Below, piece after piece: positions 39,191 through 49,746 of a stretch of 64,000 nt of DNA. Every line of letters starts with the position of its first letter. Position 1 is the stretch's first letter. The position numbers were made by a program, and so were the translations under genes. The notes beneath the pieces were generated by a model, which made no database searches, was not told where the DNA came from, and was given only the letters and a program-made list of their open reading frames with translations. Source of the DNA: Terriglobia bacterium (lineage in GTDB: Bacteria; Acidobacteriota; Terriglobia; 20CM-2-55-15); NCBI GenBank assembly GCA_965198225.1, contig CBDAOY010000007.1, forward strand, positions 704,001 to 768,000, read 5' to 3'.

Positions 39191-40045
39191 CTACGAGTAT
39201 TCGTAGAACCCACGCCCTGTCTTTCTGCCCAAAAACCCCCCATCGACCATCTTCTTGAGCAAAGGGCACGGGCGATACTTGGAGTCTCCGAGGCCGTTAT
39301 GCAGGACTTCCATGATGTCCAAGCAGACATCCAGGCCGATCAGGTCGGCCAGGGTCAACGGTCCCATCGGGTGGTTCATGCCGAGCTTCATCACGGTATC
39401 GACGGCTTCTGCGTCTCCGACGCCTTCCATCAGGCAGTAGATAGCCTCGTTGATCATCGGCATCAGGACGCGGTTCGAGACGAAACCGGGATAGTCGTTC
39501 ACCTCGACCGGCGTTTTGCCGAGACGCTCCGACAAATCGCGGGTAGTTTCGAATGTCTCGTCCGAAGTGGCCAGCCCGCGGACGATCTCCACCAGTTTCA
39601 TCACCGGTACCGGGTTCATGAAATGCATGCCGATGACCTTGTCGGCGCGGTCGGTTGACGCGGCAATCCTGGTTATGGAGATCGATGATGTGTTGGAAGC
39701 TAGAATGACACCAGGTTTACTTATGTCAGCAAGTTCTGTGAAAATATTCAACTTTATGTCGAGGTTTTCCGTGGCAGCCTCGATCACAAAATCGGTCTCG
39801 GCCAGGTCCTGTTTTGCGACGGTTGTGGCAATTCGTGCCAGCGCGACCTCCTTCTCCCCGACAGTCAGTTTTTCTCGGGCCACTTCGCGGTCCATATTCC
39901 TGGAAATCGTGGACAATGCCTGCTCCAGAAGCCGCTGTTCAAGGTCAAAAAGAACAACGTTCAAGCCGGCCCGGGCCAGGACGTGGGCGATCCCATTTCC
40001 CATGGTTCCGCATCCGACAACACCTGTCGAGTTGATCTGGGCCAA
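39191..40045 (-). CDS. hbd: 3-hydroxybutyryl-CoA dehydrogenase
   Basis: [40 protein letters not shown]. Confidence 0.93.
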   Translation of the reverse strand: MAQINSTGVVGCGTMGNGIAHVLARAGLNVVLFDLEQRLLEQALSTISRNMDREVAREKLTVGEKEVALARIATTVAKQDLAETDFVIEAATENLDIKLNIFTELADISKPGVILASNTSSISITRIAASTDRADKVIGMHFMNPVPVMKLVEIVRGLATSDETFETTRDLSERLGKTPVEVNDYPGFVSNRVLMPMINEAIYCLMEGVGDAEAVDTVMKLGMNHPMGPLTLADLIGLDVCLDIMEVLHNGLGDSKYRPCPLLKKMVDGGFLGRKTGRGFYEYS

Positions 40046-40090
40046 CGGATTCCTCCTGCAAAAGGTTATTCGGGCGGGGGAGCGCCCGAT

Positions 40091-41269
40091 TCAGCGCTCG
40101 ATGGCCATGGCGACCGCGTTGCCCCCGCCGAGGCACAGCGTAGCGATTCCGCGCTTTACGTCACGACGCGCCATTTCGTAGAGCAGGGTAACCAGGATGC
40201 GGGCGCCGCTGGCGCCGATCGGGTGACCGATTGCGACGGCTCCTCCGTTAACGTTCACCCGCGCCGGATCCAGCTCCAGTTGCTCCATCACAGCAACCGC
40301 CTGCACGGAGAACGCCTCGTTCAACTCCACCAGATCCACGTCAGCAAGATTCCAGCCAATCTTGTCCACCAGCTTGCGCACGGCTTTGACCGGAGCCATC
40401 ATGACCAGGGCCGGCTCGATTCCCACCGCCGACTGCCCGACGATCCGGGCCAGGGGAGAGGCGCCCATCTCGGCAGCACGCCCTGCGGAAGTGACAACGA
40501 CCGCCGCCGCTCCGTCGTTCACGCCCGGGGCGTTTCCGGCCGTGACCGTGCCGTCTTTCTTGAAAGCAGGCTTCAGGGCCCGCAGCGCTTCGATCGAGGC
40601 ATTGGGTCTTGGGCTCTCGTCGGTGTCGAAAACGATCGGGTCACCCCGTCTTTGAGCAATCTCGACGGGAAGGATCTGATCCCGCAGCAGGCCGGATTCG
40701 ATCGCGGCCACGGCCTTCCTGTGGCTGCCCAGGGCGTACTCATCCTGTCGTTCCCTCTCGACGTGGTACTTCTCGGCGACCACCTCTCCGGTATTGCCCA
40801 TGTGGAAATCCTCGTACGCATCCCACAACCCGTCCTGAATCATCGAATCCACAACCGTCCCGTGCCCGAGTCGGTAGCCCTCGCGTGCTTTCGGGAGCAG
40901 GTAGGGGCAGTTGCTCATGCTCTCCATCCCTCCAGCCAAGACTATCTCGGACTCTCCCGTCTGGATGGCTTGTGCACCGAGTCCGACAGCCTTGAGCCCT
41001 GATCCGCACACCTTGTTGACTGTCAGTGCGGCGACCTCCGGGGTCAGTCCGCCGCCGAGCGCGGCCTGCCTGGCCGGATTCTGACCGAGTCCGGCTCCCA
41101 CGACATTGCCCATGATTACCTCGTCGACCTGTTCGGGGGCAACCCCCGCCCGTTCCACGGCCTCGCGGACCACGAGGGAGCCGAGCTTGGTCGCAGAAAG
41201 CGGCTTCAACGTTCCGTTGAATTTTCCGACGGGGGTGCGGACGGCGCTGATAATTACGGTTTCTCTCAT
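40091..41269 (-). CDS. Acetyl-CoA C-acetyltransferase (thiolase)
   Basis: [25 protein letters not shown]. Confidence 0.95.
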   Translation of the reverse strand: MRETVIISAVRTPVGKFNGTLKPLSATKLGSLVVREAVERAGVAPEQVDEVIMGNVVGAGLGQNPARQAALGGGLTPEVAALTVNKVCGSGLKAVGLGAQAIQTGESEIVLAGGMESMSNCPYLLPKAREGYRLGHGTVVDSMIQDGLWDAYEDFHMGNTGEVVAEKYHVERERQDEYALGSHRKAVAAIESGLLRDQILPVEIAQRRGDPIVFDTDESPRPNASIEALRALKPAFKKDGTVTAGNAPGVNDGAAAVVVTSAGRAAEMGASPLARIVGQSAVGIEPALVMMAPVKAVRKLVDKIGWNLADVDLVELNEAFSVQAVAVMEQLELDPARVNVNGGAVAIGHPIGASGARILVTLLYEMARRDVKRGIATLCLGGGNAVAMAIER

Positions 41270-41342
41270 CGCTCAACCTCCTCCAAACATGGGAGAAAGT
41301 AACACAAAAAAGCCCAAGGCGGAGTGAGCCGGGTGTCTCCGC

Positions 41343-41377
41343 AAAAACAAAAGGCGATCGCCCGGAGGACAATCGCC
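41343..41377 (-). terminator. Probable terminator after tonB
   Basis: Minus strand ggcgattgtcc-tcc-gggcgatcgcc then ttttgttttt. Confidence 0.65.
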
Positions 41378-41403
41378 GACTATTCGGAGAAGAGGCCTGT
41401 GCG

Positions 41404-42495
41404 CTATCTCAGGTTGAAGTTTACCTCTATGTTCAAGGCCACGTCGACCGGCAGGCCGTTTCGCATTCCCGGGCGGAACTTCCACTGCTTCAGGGCCTGA
41501 ATCGCGTTTTCGTCGAGCCCGAAACCGAGGCTACGGACGACTCTCAGGATGTCGACGGTACCGTCGCTTCGGACGATCGCTTCGAGGACGACCGTGCCCT
41601 GGTAGCGGGCCTTGCGCGCCTCCTCAGAGTACTGGGGATCAACCTTGAAAAGAATCGTCGGAGGGCTGACACCCCCACCGATCCGGAAGACGCCGCCGCC
41701 GAAACCGCCGCCCTGTCCCTCACCGACTCCCGGGCCACTGCCTTCGCCCACGCCTCGCCCCTGACCCCTGCCGATTCCACCACCGACGCCTGGCCCGGAG
41801 CTCGGCGGGCCGGGGATGCCTTCAAGAGCTCCCAGAAGTGCGAAGTCTATCGTCTGCATGTGGGCCAACTGCGGCGCTACAACCGTCGGCTCGGCAACGA
41901 GAATCGGATCCCGATTCAAGATTTCCGGTGTCGGCGGAACTATCTGCTCATCGTCGGGCTTCGGCAGTTCGCCCAGTGAGGGCGGCTCTTCTTCCTGCAG
42001 CCCGCCGCCGCCGCCGCCGCCGGACTCATCGTCCTGGTCCGGCAGGTCCAGAATCATCGGAGGTGCGACCAGCGAAACGAAGGTTTCCCTGACCTCCAGC
42101 CCGGGGCCAAACCCGAGAACCGGGAAGATGATCAGCAGGACGGCAATCGTATGGCCTGCCACAGAGATCAGGCCGGGACCGGTCAAGTTGTATTCCGACC
42201 ACAACTCCTCTACCTCGACCGGTTCGGCGGTTGCCTGGAATTTTTCCTTCGGGTGGAGGATATCGTCGATCCTCGAGCGGAACTGGGAGATCAGGGAAAA
42301 AAACGGGGATGGAGCTTCCAAGAGTTTGCGTAGGGCTTGGGGATCCTTCTTAGCCGTCAGTTCGAGCCGGGGTCGTGGATTCTTACGCTCGTCGGACAGC
42401 TGCTTCAGCTGTCGCCGCAACGAGGTGATCCACGTGTCCTCTGCGACCGCCCCGAAAGTGGGCAGCCCTGACCGCTTTGTCTCCTGATCAGTCAT
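41404..42495 (-). CDS. tonB: Energy transducer TonB-family protein
   Basis: TM helix with conserved His, Gly/Pro-rich linker, PQYSEEARKARYQGTV...LGFGLDENA...WKFRPG. Confidence 0.88.
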   Translation of the reverse strand: MTDQETKRSGLPTFGAVAEDTWITSLRRQLKQLSDERKNPRPRLELTAKKDPQALRKLLEAPSPFFSLISQFRSRIDDILHPKEKFQATAEPVEVEELWSEYNLTGPGLISVAGHTIAVLLIIFPVLGFGPGLEVRETFVSLVAPPMILDLPDQDDESGGGGGGGLQEEEPPSLGELPKPDDEQIVPPTPEILNRDPILVAEPTVVAPQLAHMQTIDFALLGALEGIPGPPSSGPGVGGGIGRGQGRGVGEGSGPGVGEGQGGGFGGGVFRIGGGVSPPTILFKVDPQYSEEARKARYQGTVVLEAIVRSDGTVDILRVVRSLGFGLDENAIQALKQWKFRPGMRNGLPVDVALNIEVNFNLR

Positions 42496-42598
42496 CGAAT
42501 GCTGCGATGGCCCCCGACTAACTTGTCTATACTAATGGATAGCATAGTCAGAATACCATAATTCAGGGACCCCAAATCGGGCTCCGCGGCCAAAGAAC

Positions 42599-43111
42599 AT
42601 GACTTCAAGCGACCTGGCTTCGACCATTCGAGCGCGCCTCCCCTATCTCGGTCTCGTGGGTATCATACTGCTTCTGGACCAGTGGTCGAAGTCAGTAATT
42701 CAGGACACGTTCAGCCTGGGTCAGAGCCTGACGGTCCTCGGCGGCTTCTTCGACCTGACCTACGTCCATAACACCGGTATCGCTTTCGGCATTTTTTCCT
42801 CAGTCAGCTCGCCAGCCAAGGCCGCCCTTCTGTCGGCGTTCGCGGCGGTGGCCGCTGTCGTTGTAGTCGTCTATAGCATTCGGAACCCTCCGGGGCACCG
42901 ACTGCTGCAGCTCGCTCTGGCCTTGATCCTGGGTGGAGCGCTCGGCAACCTCTACGATCGAGTGGCCCACGGGTACGTCATCGACTTTGTTCACCTGCAT
43001 GCCGGGAGTTACTACTGGCCGGCCTTCAATCTTGCGGACGCAGCAATATCAGTCGGTGTCCTCTTTCTTGCCGCGGAAATCATCCGAGATGAGATTGCAG
43101 CCCGGGCCTGA
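42599..43111 (+). CDS. lspA: Lipoprotein signal peptidase
   Basis: DQWSK, NTGIAFG, GGALGNLYDR, VIDF, FNLAD. Confidence 0.95.
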   Translation: MTSSDLASTIRARLPYLGLVGIILLLDQWSKSVIQDTFSLGQSLTVLGGFFDLTYVHNTGIAFGIFSSVSSPAKAALLSAFAAVAAVVVVVYSIRNPPGHRLLQLALALILGGALGNLYDRVAHGYVIDFVHLHAGSYYWPAFNLADAAISVGVLFLAAEIIRDEIAARA

Positions 43112-44018
43112 TGATCGCGGGATCCGGCTGGACATTTTCCTGTCCCGTTTCGTGGCCGACCTTACTCGCTCCAAGCTGCAGTCGATGAACCGACGCGGCG
43201 ACGTCCTGGTCGACGGGCGTTCCGAGAAAGCCGGTTATCGAATCCGGGGTGGCGAGGAAATCGAAGTCAGGTTACCTGTGCCAGCGCCCCTGACGGTCGA
43301 ACCGGAAGCGATTCCGCTCGCTGTCTGCTACGAAGACCAGGACATTGCGGTCGTCGACAAACCTGCCGGTCTCGTCGTCCATCCCGGTGCCGGTAACCGC
43401 AGAGGCACCCTCGTCAATGCGCTGTTGGACCGATTCAACGATTTGTCCGACGCCGGAGGGAGCGATCGCCCCGGGATCGTTCACCGGCTCGACAAGTGGA
43501 CTTCCGGCCTCATCATCGTCGCCAAGAACAACCAATCCCACCATCGCCTGTCGAAGAGTTTCGAGAAACGCCGGGTCGGGAAAACTTATCTGGCCCTCGT
43601 CCATGGAAATCCCAGAGCCGGCACCGGAGAGATCGATCTCAGCATCGGTCGCGACCGCAAAGCCCGGACCAAAATGTCGGTGCGTCACGAGGGCGGGCGC
43701 ACCGCGCTTTCCGAATACCGGACTCTGGAAAAGCTGAAAGTGTTTTCGCTGCTGGAAGTCCGTATCCGCACTGGCAGAACCCACCAGATTCGTGTACACC
43801 TGAGTGCAATCGGCCATCCCGTGGTCGGTGACAACGTATACGGTGAGAAGGCAAACCGAGTGTTCGCACGAAAGCACGGCGATCTTGGTCGATATTTTCT
43901 TCACGCGTCGGCCATCGAGTTTCCACACCCGGCGACTGGCACGACGATGGAGTTCAGCTCGGCGATCCCGGCCGAACTGGCGCGACTTCTGGAGACGATC
44001 CGCACCGGGCAGGCCTGA
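43089..44018 (+). CDS. RluA/RluD-family pseudouridine synthase with S4 domain
   Basis: RLDIFL, DKPAGLVVHP, RPGIVHRLDKWTSG, TGRTHQIRVH; start set at ATG 43089. Confidence 0.93.
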   Translation: MRLQPGPDDRGIRLDIFLSRFVADLTRSKLQSMNRRGDVLVDGRSEKAGYRIRGGEEIEVRLPVPAPLTVEPEAIPLAVCYEDQDIAVVDKPAGLVVHPGAGNRRGTLVNALLDRFNDLSDAGGSDRPGIVHRLDKWTSGLIIVAKNNQSHHRLSKSFEKRRVGKTYLALVHGNPRAGTGEIDLSIGRDRKARTKMSVRHEGGRTALSEYRTLEKLKVFSLLEVRIRTGRTHQIRVHLSAIGHPVVGDNVYGEKANRVFARKHGDLGRYFLHASAIEFPHPATGTTMEFSSAIPAELARLLETIRTGQA

Positions 44019-44072
44019 GAGATCTCAGAAAGATTTGTCTGTGCCGCGCTCGATCCCTATATTTCTAAGTGT

Positions 44073-44606
44073 CCGAGAAGCGGGTAAGCGGGCAATCGCC
44101 GCCAAGCAGTTGCTTGGCGGAGGAAAGTCCGAACTCCGCAGGGCAGTGTGCCCCGTAACCCGGGGGCCCGTAAGGGACGGAAAGTGCCACAGAAAAAATA
44201 CCGCCGCTGCCCGGACCTTTGAATTCGGGCGAGTATGCGATAGCTGGCCATCTGGTGTAGGTGCGCTCTATGAGCGCACATGGGTCCGGTCTGAAAGATG
44301 TGCGGTCCTAGAGCGCACCTACACGGTTGGTTTCGAGTTCGAGGGTCCGGGCAGCGGTAAGGGTGAAATGGTGCGGTAAGAGCGCACCAGCGGGCCGGTA
44401 ACGGTCCGGCTTGGCAAACCCCACACGGAGCAAGGCCAAATAGGGAAACGTTGGTGCGCTTCGGCGCACCTGGAGGGCGGCCCGTCCAAGTTTCCGGGTA
44501 GGCTGCTGGAGTCCGGGTGCAAGCCCGGGCCTAGATGAATGATTGCCGCCTCGCCGCATTCACGCGGCGAGGAACAGAATTCGGCTTACAGCTTGCGCGC
44601 TCTCGG
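44073..44606 (+). ncRNA. rnpB: RNase P RNA (bacterial type A) with enlarged P12
   Basis: GAGGAAAGTCC, GGAAAGTGCCACAGAAA, AAGGGTGAAATGGTGCGGTAAGAGCGCAC, GGCAAACCCC, GAGCAAGGCCAA, TAGATGAATG, ACAGAATTCGGCTTAC; 5' and 3' ends pair as P1. Confidence 0.95.
44255..44324. repeat. GTAG-type REP doublet inside rnpB P12
   Basis: gtgtaggtgcgctctatgagcgcac ... gtgcggtcctagagcgcacctacac; same family as 22647 and 36583. Confidence 0.85.
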
Positions 44607-44632
44607 ACATACACACAGCACCCGGAGGTCGA

Positions 44633-45571
44633 GTGGCCGTTTACGCAGTCACAGGGGGCGCCGGATTCATCGGTTCCCACATAGCCGAAGCGTTGGCTCT
44701 TCGTCGAGAGACCGTCCGTGTCCTTGACAATTTCTCGACGGGCAAGCGGGCGAACATCGAAACCTTCGAATCCCTCGTAGAAATCCGGGAGGTCGATCTC
44801 GCGGCTGACTCCGGATTGGCGGATCATCTGCGCGGTGTCGACTATGTGTTCCATCAGGCGGCGATCCCATCCGTTCCCCGATCGATGAAGGATCCCGTGA
44901 CGTCTCACCGGGCCAACGTCACCGGGACCCTCAACCTGCTGGTTGCGTGTCGTGAAGCCGGTGTTCGGCGCGTGATCTACGCGTCCTCGTCATCGTTGTA
45001 CGGGGAAAGCGAGGTCTTGCCGAAGCACGAGGAAATGGCACCGCGGCCGATGTCCCCCTACGGAGCTCAGAAACTTTTCGGTGAGATCTACTGTCAGGTC
45101 TTCTTTCGCGCGTACCGGCTCGAGACCGTCTCCCTGAGATACTTCAATGTTTTTGGTCCCAGGCAGGACGCATCATCCCCTTACAGCGGCGTTCTGGCCA
45201 GGTTCATACCCGCCGTGATCGAAGGCAGGCGGCCGATCATCTACGGCGATGGCCGGCAGTCGAGGGATTTTACCTACGTGTCGAACGTCGTCGACGCCAA
45301 CATCCAGGCCTGCACGGCCCCCGGCGTGGCCGGCCACGCGTTCAACATCGCCTGCGGGGATCGGATCACTGTCAAGGAAATCCTCGGCGAGATCAGGGCC
45401 CTCACCGGAAGCGATGTCGAACCGATCCATGAAGATCCGCGTCCCGGCGACATCCTCCATTCGCAAGCCGACATCACCAAGGCTCGAAAAAAGATGGGCT
45501 GGAAACCGGTGGCGAACTTCAGGGAAGGACTGAAGCCGACGATTGAGTGGTATCGGGGAAGAACTAAGTAG
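44633..45571 (+). CDS. NAD-dependent nucleotide-sugar epimerase/dehydratase (SDR)
   Basis: TGGAGFIGSH, ASSSS, YGAQK, RYFNVFGPRQD, RDFTYV; GGAGG RBS before GTG 44633. Confidence 0.93.
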   Translation: MAVYAVTGGAGFIGSHIAEALALRRETVRVLDNFSTGKRANIETFESLVEIREVDLAADSGLADHLRGVDYVFHQAAIPSVPRSMKDPVTSHRANVTGTLNLLVACREAGVRRVIYASSSSLYGESEVLPKHEEMAPRPMSPYGAQKLFGEIYCQVFFRAYRLETVSLRYFNVFGPRQDASSPYSGVLARFIPAVIEGRRPIIYGDGRQSRDFTYVSNVVDANIQACTAPGVAGHAFNIACGDRITVKEILGEIRALTGSDVEPIHEDPRPGDILHSQADITKARKKMGWKPVANFREGLKPTIEWYRGRTK

Positions 45572-46070
45572 GCCGTAGGCCGTTATCCGTAGGCCGTTGA
45601 AAGCGGGTGCGGGGGTTTGTGACCGCCGCGATTCAGATTTGGTTACTCACTATCGACCCAACGGTCTACGGCTTACCGAGTGCTTGTTTTGGCGTCCCGC
45701 CGTCCGGTGGCAGGCGACGGCCTACGGACAACGGCCTACGCCTGGATACGCCGAAGGTGCAGACGGGGTGGTTCCTCGGCCTCAGATCGCGGGCGGGTTC
45801 CGCGGTGGTGCCGGGATCGCACCGCTTGTCGAACTGCTCGCGCTGGAACTATCACTACTGCTGCTGCCGCTCCCGCCACCGCGCAGGAGCTACCGAGTAG
45901 TGAGCCGTTTCCAGAACGAACCTCGTTTAGCGTTCTGCCTTTTCATGGTGTCTCCCTGCGCAGGCCCAGGTGGTTTCAACAACGGCCTACTGCCTACGCC
46001 TGGATGCGCGGGAGGTGCTACAAGGGGTGGTTCAACAACGGACAACGGCCTACGGATAACGGCCTACGAC

Positions 46071-47285
46071 CTACTGCCTTACAGTGATCACAACTTCTGA
46101 CGCGCTCGTGCCACCCCTGCCGTCGTTTGCTACGGCGCGAATCGTGTACTGGCCGGGGGGCAGGCCTGTCGTGTCGAAGGTGACCGATTCGCCGCTACCG
46201 ACGACCTGGCCGCCGGTGCTGGTCCAGGAGTAGGACAGCGGATCGGTGTCCGCATCAAACCCTGTCGCCGTGATCTGGAGCGATTCACCGACCGTGACTT
46301 CGTCGCTCGGAATCTCGAGGACGATGAGAGGAAAGTTGTTGGCCAGGAGCGCGGCGACCGGCTTGGTGTAGCTGACGCCGAATATGAACCCGTCATACTC
46401 GGTGTTGCCCGGAAAGTCTTTATCGAAGCCCCTGTTACGGCGGAATCCCGCGTTGAACACCATCCCAGTGCCAAGCCCTATGAATCGCAGGCCGGCCACC
46501 AAGTCGGTCGGCGCCTGGATTACGTCATTGGGGCTGCCAGCGCCGATGAAGGTCGTGCTGACATACTCGAACACGCCCTGCACGATGCCGCCGCCGATGA
46601 CATCGACGCCGTCAGCGAGCCAAAGGACACCGATGCCGGTCCGCATCTCGTCCTTGATACCCAGTGGAACGGGGGTCACGGCATCCCGTGTTGCGACCAC
46701 TCCCATGCTGGAATGCAGCAGGAACCGCCAGGGCAGAGCTGAGGTGAAGACCAGGTCCAGTCCGCCGTCAACCTCTCCGGTTCCCAGGCCTTTCTCCGCA
46801 TCCGCCGTCGGAATCTTGACGAATCCCGATATGCTGATTCCACCGACGGTGCCCTGCCGGCTTTGGATACGGTACTTGCCGGTGATGATCGTGTCGCCGT
46901 AACCCTCGACGAAACGATCACCGACGAAAGGCAGTTGATTGTAGAAACCCTGCTGGGAAAGATTCCGTGCCGCGATCTGCTTCTGGGTCTCCATCGTCGC
47001 CGTTACGGTGATCCGGCCGGTCAGTCCGTACGAGAAGAAGACAGGTACGGAATTGATGTCGAGATCCTGAGGCGTCCGGTCGAAATTGTTCCACCCGACG
47101 CCGAAGGAAAACTGGTTGCGGTTCAGCGTCTCGACGCTCGGGACCGAGAAGCTGCCCCTGTCTCCTGAGGTCGTTGCGCTGAGTTTCGAAATGCTCGTGA
47201 GGCGGGCCGTTCGCTCCTCTTGACTCTGGGCAGACAGGGGACTGCTGAAAGCCAGCAGGAGGATTGGGAAGACAAATCGTTTCAT
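46071..47285 (-). CDS. Secreted/outer-membrane protein with C-terminal PKD/Ig-like domain
   Basis: Signal peptide, beta-rich body (KIPTAD..KGLGTG), C-terminal DADTDPLSYSW...GQYTIRAVANDGRGG. Confidence 0.7.
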   Translation of the reverse strand: MKRFVFPILLLAFSSPLSAQSQEERTARLTSISKLSATTSGDRGSFSVPSVETLNRNQFSFGVGWNNFDRTPQDLDINSVPVFFSYGLTGRITVTATMETQKQIAARNLSQQGFYNQLPFVGDRFVEGYGDTIITGKYRIQSRQGTVGGISISGFVKIPTADAEKGLGTGEVDGGLDLVFTSALPWRFLLHSSMGVVATRDAVTPVPLGIKDEMRTGIGVLWLADGVDVIGGGIVQGVFEYVSTTFIGAGSPNDVIQAPTDLVAGLRFIGLGTGMVFNAGFRRNRGFDKDFPGNTEYDGFIFGVSYTKPVAALLANNFPLIVLEIPSDEVTVGESLQITATGFDADTDPLSYSWTSTGGQVVGSGESVTFDTTGLPPGQYTIRAVANDGRGGTSASEVVITVRQ

Positions 47286-47301
47286 GTACAATCCTCTAAC
47301 A

Positions 47302-49746
47302 ATGCACATCTTAGCAGCGCTGTTGACCGCGTTCCTTGCTACAGCCGCCTCCGAGCCGGTTCAGGGGAGAGCGGACGAAATCTTAGCTCAGTTGTCAAAT
47401 CTTCGTCTAGACAAAAACCAGATCTACAGCATACGGGACATCACCCTCAGGCGCGACGCGCTTTCAATTTCTTTCAATCGCGGGGCGATCGCGTTCCTGG
47501 AGCCGGTTGCAGGCCGCGTAACCGGCGCCGTCTTTGTGGGAAGCGGCGAGATCCTGTCGATACCGCCCGACCCGGCCGAAAAACTGCAGCTGTTCAAGTT
47601 CACCGGTTCTCCGATCCTCAACGAACGTTTCGATGCCGGCCTCTTCCGGTTTACCGACGACACGTACTCGGAAATCCTCGAGCAGTACGAGGATCGCGCC
47701 TACGAAGAAGTTCGTGCCGAAGACCTCGAGGCGCTGCTTCCGTGGGAAGACAACCTGGGAGAGCGGGCACGGTTGTTGAACTTCCGTTTGCTGAAGGACT
47801 TGATCGGGAACGACGAGCGGCCACTTTTTCTAGCCGAGTTGCGAGGCGAAGCCATGGGATGGTTCGACGCCGTTTACGATCAGCGAATGGCCGAGGAGGT
47901 TACGGTCCTGACCGCCGGGAGAGAAGAGCCCAGCTACCTGACGGACATCTGGCTGAGTTTCAACCGACGGTCTGAGGCCCGCGATCCCGAGAGTTTCGCG
48001 CACGAGGACGCCTCTCCCGTAGACGTTCTGTCCTACGACATCGATCTGACGATCGGACCTGACACTCTGCTGGAAGCCGTGACGAAGTTGGATCTTCGAG
48101 CCCGCGTTTCAGGAGAGCGCGTCCTGAGCTTTGATATGACGCCGGCCTTGCGGGTCTCCGAGGTGACGCTGGACGATGAAGCGGTTCCGTTCTTCCAGTA
48201 TGAGAAGTCCGCTCTCGATCCTTTTTACCGGGGCCTTGACAGGTTCGTCGTCGTCCTTCCGAGCGCAACCGAAGAAAGCGCGGAGATGTCGCTCGAGTTC
48301 CGTTATTCGGGCGGCGTCCTTGAGGAACGGGGCGAGGGGATCTACTTCGTCAGTGAACGCAGCCTCTGGTACCCGAGCGTCGGGCCTCAGGATCCCGCCC
48401 GTTTCGATCTGACGTTCCACTTTCCCGCCTCGGCCGAACTCGTGGCAACGGGGAGCCTGCTGGAGGAGCGGAACGACGGCGAACTCAAACACTCCCGCTG
48501 GACCAGCGGGAGGGAATTCTTCGTGGCCGGCTTCAACTTTGGGGACTTTGCGATCGAGAGTCATGAAGACGGGCCGGTGCCGGTCTTCGTCTGTCTCAAT
48601 AACGGCGTGGAAACAATTTTCAAGGAAATCGAGTCCCGGAGGGCCCTGGAGAAGGAACTGGCCTTGCGGGCAGCCGCGAGCCTGAGGCGGAATCGTCTCG
48701 CTAACGAAACGGCTCTGGTTTCACCCGACTTCGATGCGTTTTCGACGCGGGGGCTGGCGCAGAGCATTCTCCAAGACGTTCGCTCGACAGTGGAGTTTTT
48801 CTCGGAACAGTTCGGACCGTATCCATTCGACCGGCTGGCTGTTTCGCAGTTTCCGGTCCCCTTTTCACAAGGTTGGCCGTCTCTGCTTTATGTTTCGACA
48901 TTGTCGTTCTTCACGCCCGAACAACGCAACCGGCTCGGACTGGAGCCGCGACGGAACCTGATCGCGACCGAATTCGTCCGGGCGCACGAGATCGCACATC
49001 AGTGGTTCGGGAACAAGATTGGTTGGAGAAGCTACCGGGATCAGTGGATCGTGGAAGGCTTCTCGAACTATGCCGGAGCCATGTACCTCGCCCACAAACA
49101 CGGCGAGCACGGTCCTCTGGCCGCCGTGCTCGACGATGCGGCGACACGACTGTTTACACCGACTGGTGAGGAGACGACACACGACGACAACGGACCGATC
49201 TGGCTGGGACACCGTCTGGCCACGGCGCAAGTACCGGACGGTTACGTTGAGACGGTCTATAACAAGTCGACGTGGACGATTCACATGTTGCGATCGCTGA
49301 TGCAGGATCCCGAGGATCGGAGCGACGCTCGATTCCTCTCGATGACCCGGGAACTCCTGGATGAATTTGATGGGCGGCTGGCTTCGACCTGGGACCTGAA
49401 GAGAATCGCGGAGAGTCACATGAGCGCTCGTATGGACGTCCGCGGCGACGGCAACCTCGACTGGTTCTTCGAGCAGTGGGTCTTCGGTACCGGCGCACCG
49501 AGCTATGACCTCAGGTACGCTGTGGAACCTGCGGGCGCTGGCTTTGACGTTTCGGGAAACATCGAACAGGCCGGGGTCTCGGATTTCATCATGCCCGTCC
49601 CGCTCTACGGCGTCGTTGACGATGTCCGCCGCTACCTTGGCGACGTAATCGTCTCCGACGACGGCGGAGACTTCAGCTTCACGATCGACTGGCAGCCCGA
49701 GACCGTCGAACTGGATCCGTATAACACCATCCTGAAACGTCCTTGA
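47302..49746 (+). CDS. M1-family (gluzincin) aminopeptidase-like protein
   Basis: Signal peptide, FGPYPF, HEIAHQWFG...EGFSNY, YNKS..HMLR, WFFEQWV. Confidence 0.88.
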   Translation: MHILAALLTAFLATAASEPVQGRADEILAQLSNLRLDKNQIYSIRDITLRRDALSISFNRGAIAFLEPVAGRVTGAVFVGSGEILSIPPDPAEKLQLFKFTGSPILNERFDAGLFRFTDDTYSEILEQYEDRAYEEVRAEDLEALLPWEDNLGERARLLNFRLLKDLIGNDERPLFLAELRGEAMGWFDAVYDQRMAEEVTVLTAGREEPSYLTDIWLSFNRRSEARDPESFAHEDASPVDVLSYDIDLTIGPDTLLEAVTKLDLRARVSGERVLSFDMTPALRVSEVTLDDEAVPFFQYEKSALDPFYRGLDRFVVVLPSATEESAEMSLEFRYSGGVLEERGEGIYFVSERSLWYPSVGPQDPARFDLTFHFPASAELVATGSLLEERNDGELKHSRWTSGREFFVAGFNFGDFAIESHEDGPVPVFVCLNNGVETIFKEIESRRALEKELALRAAASLRRNRLANETALVSPDFDAFSTRGLAQSILQDVRSTVEFFSEQFGPYPFDRLAVSQFPVPFSQGWPSLLYVSTLSFFTPEQRNRLGLEPRRNLIATEFVRAHEIAHQWFGNKIGWRSYRDQWIVEGFSNYAGAMYLAHKHGEHGPLAAVLDDAATRLFTPTGEETTHDDNGPIWLGHRLATAQVPDGYVETVYNKSTWTIHMLRSLMQDPEDRSDARFLSMTRELLDEFDGRLASTWDLKRIAESHMSARMDVRGDGNLDWFFEQWVFGTGAPSYDLRYAVEPAGAGFDVSGNIEQAGVSDFIMPVPLYGVVDDVRRYLGDVIVSDDGGDFSFTIDWQPETVELDPYNTILKRP

